Below are positions 1 through 9,985 of a DNA stretch of 20,000 bases, one piece after another. This DNA is from Saprolegnia diclina VS20 (taxonomy: Eukaryota), in contig NW_008246076.1 of assembly GCF_000281045.1 (NCBI RefSeq), positions 426,749-446,748 on the forward strand. Reading direction: 5' to 3'. How positions within the stretch are numbered: position 1 is the first letter of the stretch; each line of letters starts with the position of its first letter. Under the pieces are notes generated by a model. The model was not told where the DNA came from. It was given only the letters and a program-made list of their open reading frames with translations, and did no database searches. A program made the position numbers and the translations under genes.

Positions 1-1847
1 GACAGCATCGACGATCCCGTCCATTCGCGTCTTGGCCCTGCAGCTCCTGCAGCAGGTCGCGCTCATGTCCGGGTCCCTGTGCGGCCTCTTGCATGTGGTC
101 AAGAGCATGCTTGTGGCGGCCGAGACCGAGCTCGATGTAGACGAAACCATTGGCTTTGTGTCGCAGCTGTCGCAGTCGATCCAGAAAACCATGCTGCGCT
201 CCAACGCGTCGGCCGACCACGCGCGACTCGAGAAGCGCATCATTACGCAAATGTCCATGTCCCTCCAAGACGAAGTGACGCGGCGGACGATCCAGATCCT
301 TCAGAACATCCCAGGCCTCGAAGTCTACTCGCCGCAACAAGCCAGCACGCCCGAGCCAGCGACGCCTCTCGTGTCCAGTTCCTCTGTGCGACCACCCGAG
401 GTCGTGGGGCCCAAAGACCACGAGATGGTGCGGGTACCGCCATAGCTCTTATTCGTGCATAGTTTTGTCATGTGGTATAGAGCGATGCGGAGCCATCCTT
501 GCAGCAATACCCGGTCCTCGTCTTGCTCTTGTGCCAGGTACCAACCATCTCTCTGCTCAACAGCAAAGATGATTCTGTGTGGCGGTAGCACTCGTTCTCC
601 AAGTCGATTCGGACGCGCACCGAGGTACATACGCGTCCTAGGTATCCGAACGTATGACATTGTGTAGCTCTCAATGGTGCTCCTCAGCGTCCTCAGCGAG
701 CTCAGTGTGTGGCAAATGCAGCGCATGCAAAAACCCGAAGTGTTTGTTGGTCGACGCGAAGACGAGCTCCGTCGCCTTGAAGACCCATTCTCGATGCAAG
801 TGTGTCCTGAGCTCTTTGACGTGTGCCACGACCTGCTCCAAACCATCTTGGCGCCGTGGCTTGCGCCCGAGGATGCGACGCGACTTGCCCTCCACGCGCA
901 ACTCACCGAGGCGAGCGCAACGTTCCAGCGCTCTCTCGCCGCGTCGCCGTCGAACGCGCTCGAGCAGCCGTTCAATCCTATCACAATGGGCCTCGCGGTC
1001 CTGCAGGTATGTTCACGTTGCCTTGCAACTATGCTGCTATTGTGGTTAGGTCATAACTGCCAACGTGCGCCGACTCGTGCTCTCGCAGGTCAACCCGGTC
1101 GACGTCGGGCTTGGTGTCCTGGACGACGACGGCGTCGACCAGCCGCTCGTGCCCATGATTGCATCACTCGAAAAGCTCATTGGCCTCGGCACCAAGCAGT
1201 CGGACCCGCTCTTTGCGCTCTCTCTGCAAGCCGCCGCGGCCGTCGAAGTCGGCATGGAAGCGTTCTACCCGTCGTCCCAGGTACATTCCTCGTCCGTCCT
1301 TTCTCTCAAAGACGCAGTAGCAACGGACGGCGCTGCTCACGAACCGCATGGGCTCGGGCGCGACGCTCGAGTTCCAACTGCGCTGGCCTGTTCAGGAGCG
1401 CGAGCAAGAAGACCCGCGCTACGAACGCCTCATCTTGTTGCTCCAGGTAGTACTGATCTTGCAATCGTATCGACTAAACACGCGTATGCGATCGACTAGC
1501 TCGTGTGCATCAAGCACGGCTACGTCCATGCACTGCGCGGCCAATGGGGCGTCTTTCTGCATTTAGTGCTCCAAGTGCCAGACGCCCAATCGACGAGCGA
1601 CGTCCTCACACAGCCGATCGCCGAGTGCATCGCGCAGGCCGGGTTTGCCTCGTGGCGCGTCGTCGCCGGCGCCCAAGAGATCTCGATCACGCTCCAGCGC
1701 CACCTGCACTGGAATCGCGTCGAGAAGATGTCGCACGACTCGGGCTCGGGCTGGATCCGTGTCTACCCGCGCGACGTGGCAGCCTTCTCGGACGTGCTCG
1801 CCGAGGTCGAAGCCTTTGCGTCGACGCCGACGCTCAAGAAGTCGTGA
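1..1847 (+). CDS. 3' part of a multi-exon gene (5' end outside window); uncharacterised protein with a HERC2-like helical segment
   Basis: Frame 2 is open from the window start. GT-AG introns at 428 (or 434)-480, 538-588, 625-667, 1007-1049, 1281-1320 and 1447-1499 join the partial ORFs into one frame ending at TGA 1845-1847. The spliced peptide LEDPFSMQVCPELFDVCHDLL...LQVITANVRRLVLSQVNPVDVGLG...AAVEVGMEAFYPSSQQRTALL recalls the HERC2 region PFVVDICSMTFEQLDLLL...HQVDPEFLGLG...LLPTAEERARAL (recalled, not aligned). Confidence 0.72.
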
Positions 1848-1893
1848 TAAGTACGACGATAAGACAACATATGTACGATGTTCGAGGTCGTGG

Positions 1894-2265
1894 TTAGAAG
1901 AGGTGCAAGTAGACCATGAAGCACGCAAGACCGACCGCCGCCACGATGGCCATGAGCGGAATGTCGGCGGCTTCGTCGTTGTCGGTCGCGCTCGCAGCGC
2001 TGCCGCCGCCGAGGAACCGCTTGGCGAGCGACGGCTTCTTGGCCGGCGCCGCGCCCTTGCGCGTACCATTCTTGACATACTTGTGAGCATCGTCGACGCG
2101 CATCTAGTAAGCAGCCATGAGCAATCGTCATGTAGGCATGCATGGGCATGGAGGGATGTATACGCGGTAGATGTCGTCGTCCGTGTAGCCGAGCTGCTTG
2201 AGCTCGACCTTCATGGCCGCGGTGATGAAGAACGGGATCTGGGCCGTGCCATTGCGCTGTGACAT
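1894..2265 (-). CDS. Small (103 aa) predicted tail-anchored membrane protein, 2 exons
   Basis: Exon 1 2265-2164 (MSQRNGTAQIPFFITAAMKVELKQLGYTDDDIYR), intron 2163-2104 (GTATAC...CTAG), exon 2 2103-1894 ending in a hydrophobic helix IPLMAIVAAVGLACFMVYLHLF*. Codon usage matches neighbouring genes. Confidence 0.75.
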
Positions 2266-2391
2266 GCTGGGCTGGTAGATTCTACATGCACATATCGTCG
2301 TCGTCGCCAGCGTCGAAGCGCATGCGTCTACGTCTACCTCACGGAAGCGGCAATCGAGGAGTGAAGTCGGCAAACCACAATCCAGCGTTCC

Positions 2392-2758
2392 GATTGGCCA
2401 TTACCACGTTTCGATCGTTGATTGGCCAAAAAGAATAAATTCCGATTATTGCTGGGTTTTCAGCGTCATCTTATTTCTGGTATGAACGCCAGCAAGTATC
2501 TGCTCCTTTACGTTGCTATGGACCCCAACCTGTGCACTCGAATGCTTTAATCGGTCGCCCGAGTATACTTATACCATGCATGTAGTACCTCAAGGGTTTA
2601 GCCCAACATGCCGATGTGAGTACCTCGGGTCCGCAAGCATCAGCACCGCACCTACCTTGGTCCAGAGATTAGATGCCATTGGCTGAAAATCCAAGAAAGA
2701 TTCACCATCGCCGTCGTGGATTGGCCAAGCTGAAATCACGCTCTCGGATTGGACAAAA
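2392..2758. promoter_or_regulatory. Divergent promoter region with five CCAAT (ATTGG) boxes
   Basis: GATTGG at 2392, TGATTGGCCAAAA at 2419, ATTGGCTGAAAA at 2678, GATTGG at 2719 and GATTGGACAAAA at 2747, between divergent starts at 2265(-) and 2809(+). Resembles the extended oomycete CCAAT element. Confidence 0.6.
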
Positions 2759-2808
2759 GTCGAGCGACGCCCCGACAACGGTTTATATCACGACGGCAAG
2801 CCTCGACC

Positions 2809-3627
2809 ATGCTCGCCAAGCTCGGCGCGCTCTGCCTCCTTAGCGCAGCCTACTTCCGCCCGGAAGCGTGTCTCTATGGCATCTCTCTTGTCGCCTCGGC
2901 GGCCTCGATGGACGTCGGCGACGTCGCGGCCTCGCCCCACAGCGCGCTCTTCGTGCGCCTCGTCCTCACGTTGGTGGCGTTCACGACGGCAGTCGCCCGG
3001 ACGCGGGCCAACTACCTCACGCTGCTGGCGCTGCTCGTGTGTCTCCAGACGTTCTGCCTCCAGCTGCACATGCAGAACGAGACGTACGAGGCGCTGCCGC
3101 TGACCAAGCCGGCGCAGCTCATCTTTTTCCAGATTCTCGCGACCATCACGTTTAGCCTCGTGCTCGCGGTCGGGTACTTTGCGCCGCTCCCGCTCTCGCA
3201 GCGCCAGCTCTACCGCAAGCGCCTCGTTGAGTTTTACAAGACGCACAACCCGGACAAGCTCGACGAGGTGGACACCATTTTGCGCCGGTACCGCCACCAC
3301 GAAGAGGTCCTCTTTACGCGGCTCAAGAAGAAGTACATCTTGCACGACCCAATCGACGCAAGCGACGAAGAGAGCGACGACGAGCACGAAACGTCGACGG
3401 ACGACGAGCCAAAGACGTCGATGGCCCAGTACGACAGCGAAGACGACGCGACCAACGAAGCCGACAAGGACGACGAGCCCATGGCGCCGAGCACGCCACC
3501 GCCGTCGACGCCGCAAGCTCGTGCCGATACCGCACCCCGTGTGCGCACAGCCATGCAAGAGGTCCAAGCCGCCCAACAAGCACGCATCGAAGAGCGCATC
3601 CAGCGGCTCAAGAAGGCCAAGGCCTAG
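2809..3627 (+). CDS. Uncharacterised membrane protein (272 aa) with several TM helices, a conserved protist RLxxFYxxHNPDKL motif and an acidic tail
   Basis: Intronless ORF with ATG in tcgaccATG context. About 4-5 hydrophobic segments, then YRKRLVEFYKTHNPDKLDEVDTILRRYRHHEEVLFTRLKKKY, a D/E-rich linker and a C-terminal coiled coil. Confidence 0.85.
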   Translation: MLAKLGALCLLSAAYFRPEACLYGISLVASAASMDVGDVAASPHSALFVRLVLTLVAFTTAVARTRANYLTLLALLVCLQTFCLQLHMQNETYEALPLTKPAQLIFFQILATITFSLVLAVGYFAPLPLSQRQLYRKRLVEFYKTHNPDKLDEVDTILRRYRHHEEVLFTRLKKKYILHDPIDASDEESDDEHETSTDDEPKTSMAQYDSEDDATNEADKDDEPMAPSTPPPSTPQARADTAPRVRTAMQEVQAAQQARIEERIQRLKKAKA

Positions 3628-3736
3628 TTGCGTGCGTGCACAGCAGTCTCTCTCTCGTCACACGTCTTTTCCCCACTGTTTCTTGTCACAGCGGTGGGTG
3701 TCATCGATATTTTTGACGTGGGCGCATCACGTGCCC

Positions 3737-3773
3737 GCTACGGTCCGTCCTAAGAGCTACGGTCGTCCTAAGA
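3737..3773. repeat. Short tandem duplication (19 + 18 bp)
   Basis: GCTACGGTCCGTCCTAAGA followed directly by GCTACGGTCGTCCTAAGA. Confidence 0.8.
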
Positions 3774-4730
3774 TCTCGGGTTCACAGGATGAGCTCCACG
3801 CAGAACCAAACGACGGATCCTACGAGAGAAGTGATCCAAGGAGCTACCATCAGCAGATGTCTCTCCATGACGCGGAGATGCCGGATCAACAGACGTTAGT
3901 GGTGGTGGCATGATGGACCAATAACCTCTCTCCCGATAGAGTAGGCCTAACCCCGGAAACCAATATGGGGGCGTGGACGACCTGGCGCTGGAGTAGTTTA
4001 GTCGATTGGCGTCCGTGTAATCGCATTCAATACATCTTGGTCATACCAAGCAACGGAGCTGCTTGCAAAAAGCGAGTCGAGTGCACTCGTCGTATGGACG
4101 TCCTTTCCACTCAGTTAGTAGAACGAACTTGCAGGACTAACTGAAGCACGGCCACGGGTCCTTTCCACGGTGCTGATCCATGAATTCGATCCTTCGAGTT
4201 CTTAGTCAGCGTCGTCGTGGGCGTGTTCGATGCAAGACCATGCGCATGCAATGGCACATGCAGTCCTTGTCATTATCACTGGCGTGGAAGACGCCGTTAA
4301 GCCCAGTGCATGGCCGATATGGCCTTATACCTGCTGTAGCAATAGAAGGAGCTTTCGAAATCTTATTCCGCGTACTCGCCGACTTGCGCGACGCCATGAC
4401 ATGCTAGTGTAAAGGCACATACCGTAGTCCCTTCCCCATTTTCTGACGCATTGGAGGACTTTGCATGTCAAAGTAGAACTCTGCGCGCCTACTTGTTGGG
4501 TGATTCCAGACACGTTCACGTAGCAGTTGGCACTACATGGGCGCACGAAGTGTCGAGTGGGCAGTACACTGCATGGGAATTTCCGTTGGCTTTATACTGG
4601 GCAGTCGACGCTCTGGCCTGCCGACTACATGAATATTATTCGAGTTCAGTCCATGACGTCGGGTCGAAACATCCGACCGCTGATGTCAACCGCGCTCCTT
4701 CAATCCTGGCATGGACGACAGCCATCCATT

Positions 4731-4752
4731 TACTAGTACTAGTATACTAGTA
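4731..4752. repeat. TACTAGTA-based palindromic array containing a perfect 16-bp palindrome
   Basis: TACTAGTACTAGTATACTAGTA; 4737-4752 TACTAGTATACTAGTA equals its own reverse complement. Confidence 0.8.
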
Positions 4753-4930
4753 GGCCCAACGACTTCCACCTGCCCGCGACTGCTCTTTACTTGACACTGC
4801 GAGGTTGTAGGACAGTGTGTTATTTCCAATTCTGAGAATGAGCTCAAACAAAGCTTAGTCCGCGATCCACGCAGAGACACAGGTCCAGATCAACATATGA
4901 ACCGTGGTGGATCTCAGAGCAGGCGAATGA

Positions 4931-6466
4931 CTAGTTGCTGGCCGGCGGCTTGAGAAGCGTCGGCGGCTTGCGCGCCGTGCCATGCGGCAACGTCACGACG
5001 TCCTTGATCTTGCCCCACTCGGGCATCGTCACGAGCTCCTCCGACGCCGTCGGGTGGATCGCCACAATGTTGTCAAAATCTGATTTGTACGCGCCCATCT
5101 TGACGGCGACGCCAAAGCCCTGGATCATCTCGTCGGCGCCGAGGCCCGCGACGTGGACGCCGACGACAGTCTCTTCGACGCCGATGCACACGAGCTTCAT
5201 CGCGGTTTGCACCTTGTCCTTCTCAGCGCTCATGGCGTAAAACATGTTGGAGAACGAGCTTGTGTGCGTCGTCACGTTGTGCGCACCGTACTGCGCAACG
5301 GCCTGCGGCTCGGTCAAGCCAATCGTACCAATCGGCGGGTGGCTAAAGACGACCGTCGGGATCTGGTGGTAGTTGACACATGCGTTGGGCTCGTTGCCAA
5401 AGAGACGGTCCGCAAGGCGGCGACCCGCCGCAATCGCCACCGGCGTCAGCTCCCACCCAGTCGTCGTCACGTCGCCGACCGCATGCACATTCGGGACGGT
5501 CGTGTTTTCTTGGGCGTCGACTTGAATAAACTGATCTGGCGAAAGTGCAATGTCGGTCGTCTCCAGACCCAAGTCGTGCGTCCGCGGTGTGCGACCAATC
5601 GCAAAGAGGACCGTCTCAAAGCCCGCGAACGACTGCGCCACGCCGGCCACCGTCGCTTGGATCGTCAACGTCCCGTCCTCCGCCTTCTCAATCGACGTGA
5701 TGCCGCTCTCCCGCACAAAGCGGACGCCGGCACTATCCATTCATCATCATGAGCACGTTGCAATATCGAGAAGGAGATCGTACTGCTCCATCTCGGTGTT
5801 GACGAGGTCGCGCACGATCGGGTCAAAGGTGCGCAGAACTTGGTTGCCGCGGCAAAAGACCGTCGTGTCCGACTTGAGCGCGTTAAAAATGCCGGCGAGC
5901 TCGACCGCAATGTAGCCGGCGCCGACGACCGCGACCTTGCGGGGCTGCGTCTCGAGCGCAAAGAAGCCGTCGCTCGAGATCGCGTGTTCGATGCCGGGAA
6001 GCGGTGGCATGGCCGGGACACCGCCGACGGCAATGAGAATGTGCTTGGCCGCGTAGCGGTCGCCGTTGACTTCGACCGTGTGGTTGTCGACAAACTTGGC
6101 GGCGCCCATGACGAGGTCGACCTTGTCTTCGAGCATGCCCTCGCCATACATGTCGTTGAGCCACTTGACGTACGCGTCGCGCTTGGCCTTCATGGCCGCC
6201 CAGTCAAAGGCGCCAAATTGAATGTCCTGCACGCCCTTGAAGGCGTACGCGCGCGCCGAGTGAAGCATCTCAGCGTGGAGCGCAGCGTTGAACATAATCT
6301 TCTTGGGCACGCAGCCGACGTTGACGCAGGTGCCACCGAGGCCAGCGCCGTCGTTGGCTTGGCCACGCTCGATGACAAGGACCTTGGCGCCGTAGGCCAC
6401 CGCGCGGTGGGCCGACGAGACCCCGCCAGAGCCAGCGCCGAGAACAATGTAGTCGTACGTTGCCAT
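4931..6466 (-). CDS. GSR: Glutathione reductase-like flavoprotein disulfide reductase, copy A (divergent substrate pocket), 494 aa, 2 exons
   Basis: FAD motif GAGSGG, redox-active [16 protein letters not shown] motif GAGYIA plus R...R ([12 protein letters not shown]), [10 protein letters not shown] and HPTASEE. A 51-nt intron at 5783-5733 (GTACGA...GATAG) joins ORFs 5747-6466 and 4931-5740 in frame (TEMEH-AGVRF). Confidence 0.95.
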
Positions 6467-8363
6467 GCTGCGAAGTCGGTAGGCGATTTGCGACTGCCAG
6501 CGACGTCAAAGATTGCCCCACACCAATCCGGAAACGCCTATCCGGATGAGCGCGATCTTGCTGTCGCTGACCGCAAGGTGCGAGGCGCGATGCAATTGAT
6601 TGGCCGTGATCGACGTCGTTCTTAGCTTTCTAGCTGGTAGCGACGCTAGTTCGCTCGCCGAAGCATCGACCCATTGAAAAGTCCAGCTAAAGCCGAAACC
6701 CAAAGGTTAAACCAAAGGTTTTACATCGACGAGCAACCTCAGCGCAAATAACCCAAAAATCTTAAATTTGTCATAACTTTGAACGAAAATTATTGATTAG
6801 AGAACTTTCGAAGCTCCTTTTTTGCTGTTTCCTGTAAGGGACCCTGTCACCGCACTGGTCGAGTAAAATCAACAATGAAATGGTCTGGAAACCCCGTCAA
6901 GGACGCGCCTCGAACCGACAACCACGCAGCTAAGACATAGGCACTAAGCATATTTGGCAACCCGAGGTCGCGCAAGATTCAAATCGCGTAAGGACGAGGA
7001 CGTTCGTAGTGGTGATGACGGACGTCGTTGGATGACGCGGTCTGCACCAGTCGGTTCGCGATTTCGGGTGCAGAAAGATCGCGATCGTCGCTGTGATTGG
7101 TGGATCGAAAATCCAACCGCGTCCTTTGATTGGCTGCAGGGTGGCACGCCCACGGACGACCGCAACTTCCAAATTTGAATTTGCACCATGGCGACGACCA
7201 CAACCTACGACTACATTGTCATTGGCGGCGGCTCGGGCGGCAACTCGTCTGCGCGCCGTGCTGCCGCGTACGGCGCCAAGGTCCTCGTCATCGAGCGCGG
7301 CCACGCCAACGACGGCGCCGGCATGGGCGGCACCTGCGTCAACGTCGGCTGCGTGCCCAAGAAGGTCATGTTCAACGCGGCCATGCACGCCGAGATGCTC
7401 CACTCGGCGCACGCGTACACGTTCAAGAACATCCAGGACGTCGAGTACGGCTCGTTTGACTGGGCGGCGCTCAAGAAGAAGCGTGACGCGTACGTGGCGC
7501 GTCTCAACGGCATCTACGAGCGAAACCTCGGCAACAACAAGATCCCGCTGATCTACGGCGCCGCCAAGTTTGTCGACAACCACACAATCGAAGTCAACGG
7601 CGACCGCTACACGGCCAAGCACATCCTCATTGCCGTCGGCGGTGTCCCGGCCATGCCACCGCTTCCCGGCATCGAACACGCGATCTCGAGCGACGGCTTC
7701 TTTGCGCTCGAGACGCAGCCCCGCAAGGTCGCGGTCGTCGGCGCCGGCTACATTGCGGTCGAGCTCGCCGGCATCTTTAACGCGCTCAAGTCGGACACGA
7801 CGGTCTTTTGCCGCGGCAACCAAGTTCTGCGCACCTTTGACCCGATCGTGCGCGACCTCGTCAACACCGAGATGGAGCAGTACGATATCCTTATCGATAT
7901 TGCAACGTGCTCATGATGATGAATGGATAGTGCCGGCGTCCGCTTTGTGCGGGAGAGCGGCATCACGTCGATTGAGAAGGCGGAGGACGGGACGTTGACG
8001 ATCCAAGCGACGGTGGCCGGCGTGGCGCAGTCGTTCGCGGGCTTTGAGACGGTCCTCTTTGCGATTGGTCGCACACCGCGGACGCACGACTTGGGTCTGG
8101 AGACGACCGACATTGCACTTTCGCCAGATCAGTTTATTCAAGTCGACGCCCAAGAAAACACGACCGTCCCGAATGTGCATGCGGTCGGCGACGTGACGAC
8201 GACCGGGTGGGAGCTGACGCCAGTGGCGATTGCGGCGGGTCGCCGCCTTGCGGACCGTCTATTCGGCAACGAGCCCAACGCATGTGTCAACTACCACCAG
8301 ATCCCGACGGTCGTCTTTAGCCACCCACCGATTGGTACGATTGGCTTGACCGAGCCGCAGGCC
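5300..8363. repeat. Inverted repeat with near-identical 807-nt arms at 5300-6106 and 7557-8363, inside the two reductase genes
   Basis: Comparison by eye shows roughly a dozen mismatches and no indels over 807 nt, with only 2 mismatches in the 51-nt intron. Lower similarity extends to both gene ends. Confidence 0.9.
6467..7187. promoter_or_regulatory. Bidirectional promoter region (721 bp) between the reductase paralogues
   Basis: CCAATC at 6523, GATTGG at 6598, TGATTGG at 7094 and TTTGATTGGCTG at 7125, with an AT-rich centre around 6700-6880. Confidence 0.6.
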
Positions 8364-8732
8364 ATTGAGCAGTACGGTGCGCACAACGTCAAGGTGTACA
8401 CGAGCACGTTCTTCAACATGTTTTACGCCATGAGCGAGCAAGACGAGAAGCAAAAGACGGCCATGAAGCTCATGTGCATCGGCGAAGAAGAGACTGTCAT
8501 CGGCGTCCACGTCGCGGGCCTCGGCGCCGACGAAATGATCCAGGGCTTTGGCGTCGCCGTCAAGATGGGCGCGTACAAATCAGACTTTGACAACATTGTG
8601 GCGATCCACCCGACGGCGTCGGAAGAGCTCGTGACGATGCCCGAGTGGGGCAAGATCAAGGACGTCGTGACGCTCACGCACGGCACGGCGCGGAAGCCGC
8701 CGACGCTCAAGCCCAAGGAGAGCGCGCTGTAA
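7188..8732 (+). CDS. GSR: Glutathione reductase, copy B (canonical), 497 aa, 2 exons
   Basis: [49 protein letters not shown] and HPTASEE. A 51-nt intron at 7880-7930 (GTACGA...GATAG) removes three in-frame TGA codons. Confidence 0.97.
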
Positions 8733-8829
8733 ACCAAGTTGAAATCAAAAAATTGCTTTTTGTACATGCCCAAGCACGTCGATAATGTCGCTGCTCTCAA
8801 GGGCTTGACCCATGAACGAATCGCAGTCC

Positions 8830-9985
8830 TCATGCTTGTCCGTCCGCCGGGTCCGTGTACTTGAGCAGAAACGACGTCGCGGTGGGCACGCGGGCGAGGA
8901 GGCCTGCGTGCGCCATCTCGAGAATATGATAGCTCATGCCAAAGGGCGACGACTTGACCTTGCGCTTGAGGACGTCGTGCTCGGTCATCTCTCGGTACGG
9001 TGCTCGCTACCCAAAACCACTTTCAACCATCGTTGTGGCAGCTTGATACATACCTGCAGAAGCATGCGGATCGTGCGTCGACCGGCATGCAGCGCCGAAA
9101 CGAGCGCCCCGAGGCGCGGAAGTGAAAAGTAATACCGATCGACAGCCATCTCGACCGTGGCCACGAGAAACCCGAGGTGGACAAGGTGCCTAACGCTGAA
9201 TGAGGCCGCCACTTCGACCTTGTGTGTACGCAATGTCCTTGTCCAGCGCCGTGTCTGGTGGCGGCGGTCGCCCTCGCCGCGTAAACTGCGCTCGCATCTC
9301 GTCGTAGAGCGTGCTTTTGGCGAGCGTCGAGCGCTACACCGCAGCATGAGGAACTCGTCGATCAAAGTCCAGGGACTGAGAGACCGTTGAGAGACGCGGT
9401 AGGATCTTGGCAAACATGCGGGCGCCGCGGCTACCTCTCGACAGGTCGAGAAGAAAGGCAGAGTAGTCGTGCGTCAACACAAGCGCGTGCACGTTGGGTC
9501 CTAACCGATGCCTCATGCATCGTCGTCGTAGCTGAAGCACTGCACCTGGTAGGTTGACTTGCAGCAAGAGCAGCGTGCCATCCAGTCGCAGCTCATGCAC
9601 CTATGCACACGGATACACAGAGGACACGATACCAGCACGTACGCGTTGGTCGACAACCGTTCGGTTGGGCAGAACGCTGTAGCTACGAGGCGCCAAGTGA
9701 GATGAAAGCGCGTCGGCAGCAGCTACATGTGGTGGGCGAGAACGAGCGACGGCAGCGGGAAGGTCGCGTACGCCCGGTGATACCGGCCAAGCAGCATATG
9801 AATCGCCGCCAACGTGTCGTCCATCACGTCGCTCTACAGCCATCGTGCGCCATGCGTGCGTCTTCTCAACCTACCGCCATCGCATCGAGCGCGTCGTCTT
9901 CGGTCGTGTCCATGGCTTCCATGTCCAGCAGCGCGTTGTCGGCTGGCGCTGCCCGTGCCAGTTGCCGCAACCGTCCACGCAGCAT
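8830..9985 (-). CDS. STK19: STK19 family winged-helix DNA-repair protein, about 281 aa, 8 exons
   Basis: Introns at 9874-9834, 9726-9683, 9642-9601, 9545-9501, 9384-9334, 9229-9190 and 9053-9007 give an 846-nt open frame. Peptides LPSLVLAHHIYSVLPNRTVVDQRVHELRLDG...HALVLTHDY, HLVHLGFL...YYFSLPRLG...GRRTIRMLLQRAPYREM and FGMSYHILEM match recalled STK19 motifs (VYSLVPDRTVADRQL, GRQAVL..VRKAKYRE, LGLTYHVHD). The intron 5 donor is the least certain. Confidence 0.85.

Noticed and set aside
3780..4900. Short ORFs (4180-4407, 4451-4750) and the repeated GTCCTTTCCAC at 4100 and 4158
   Set aside because: No host codon bias, recognisable motif or convincing splice model; may be decayed sequence but unsupported.
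7880..7930. TGA-TGA-TGA-ATG between two in-frame reductase ORFs (also 5733-5783), suggesting readthrough, selenocysteine or a split gene
   Set aside because: Fully explained by a 51-nt GT-AG intron whose removal restores the normal GR spacing (TEMEHAGVRF).
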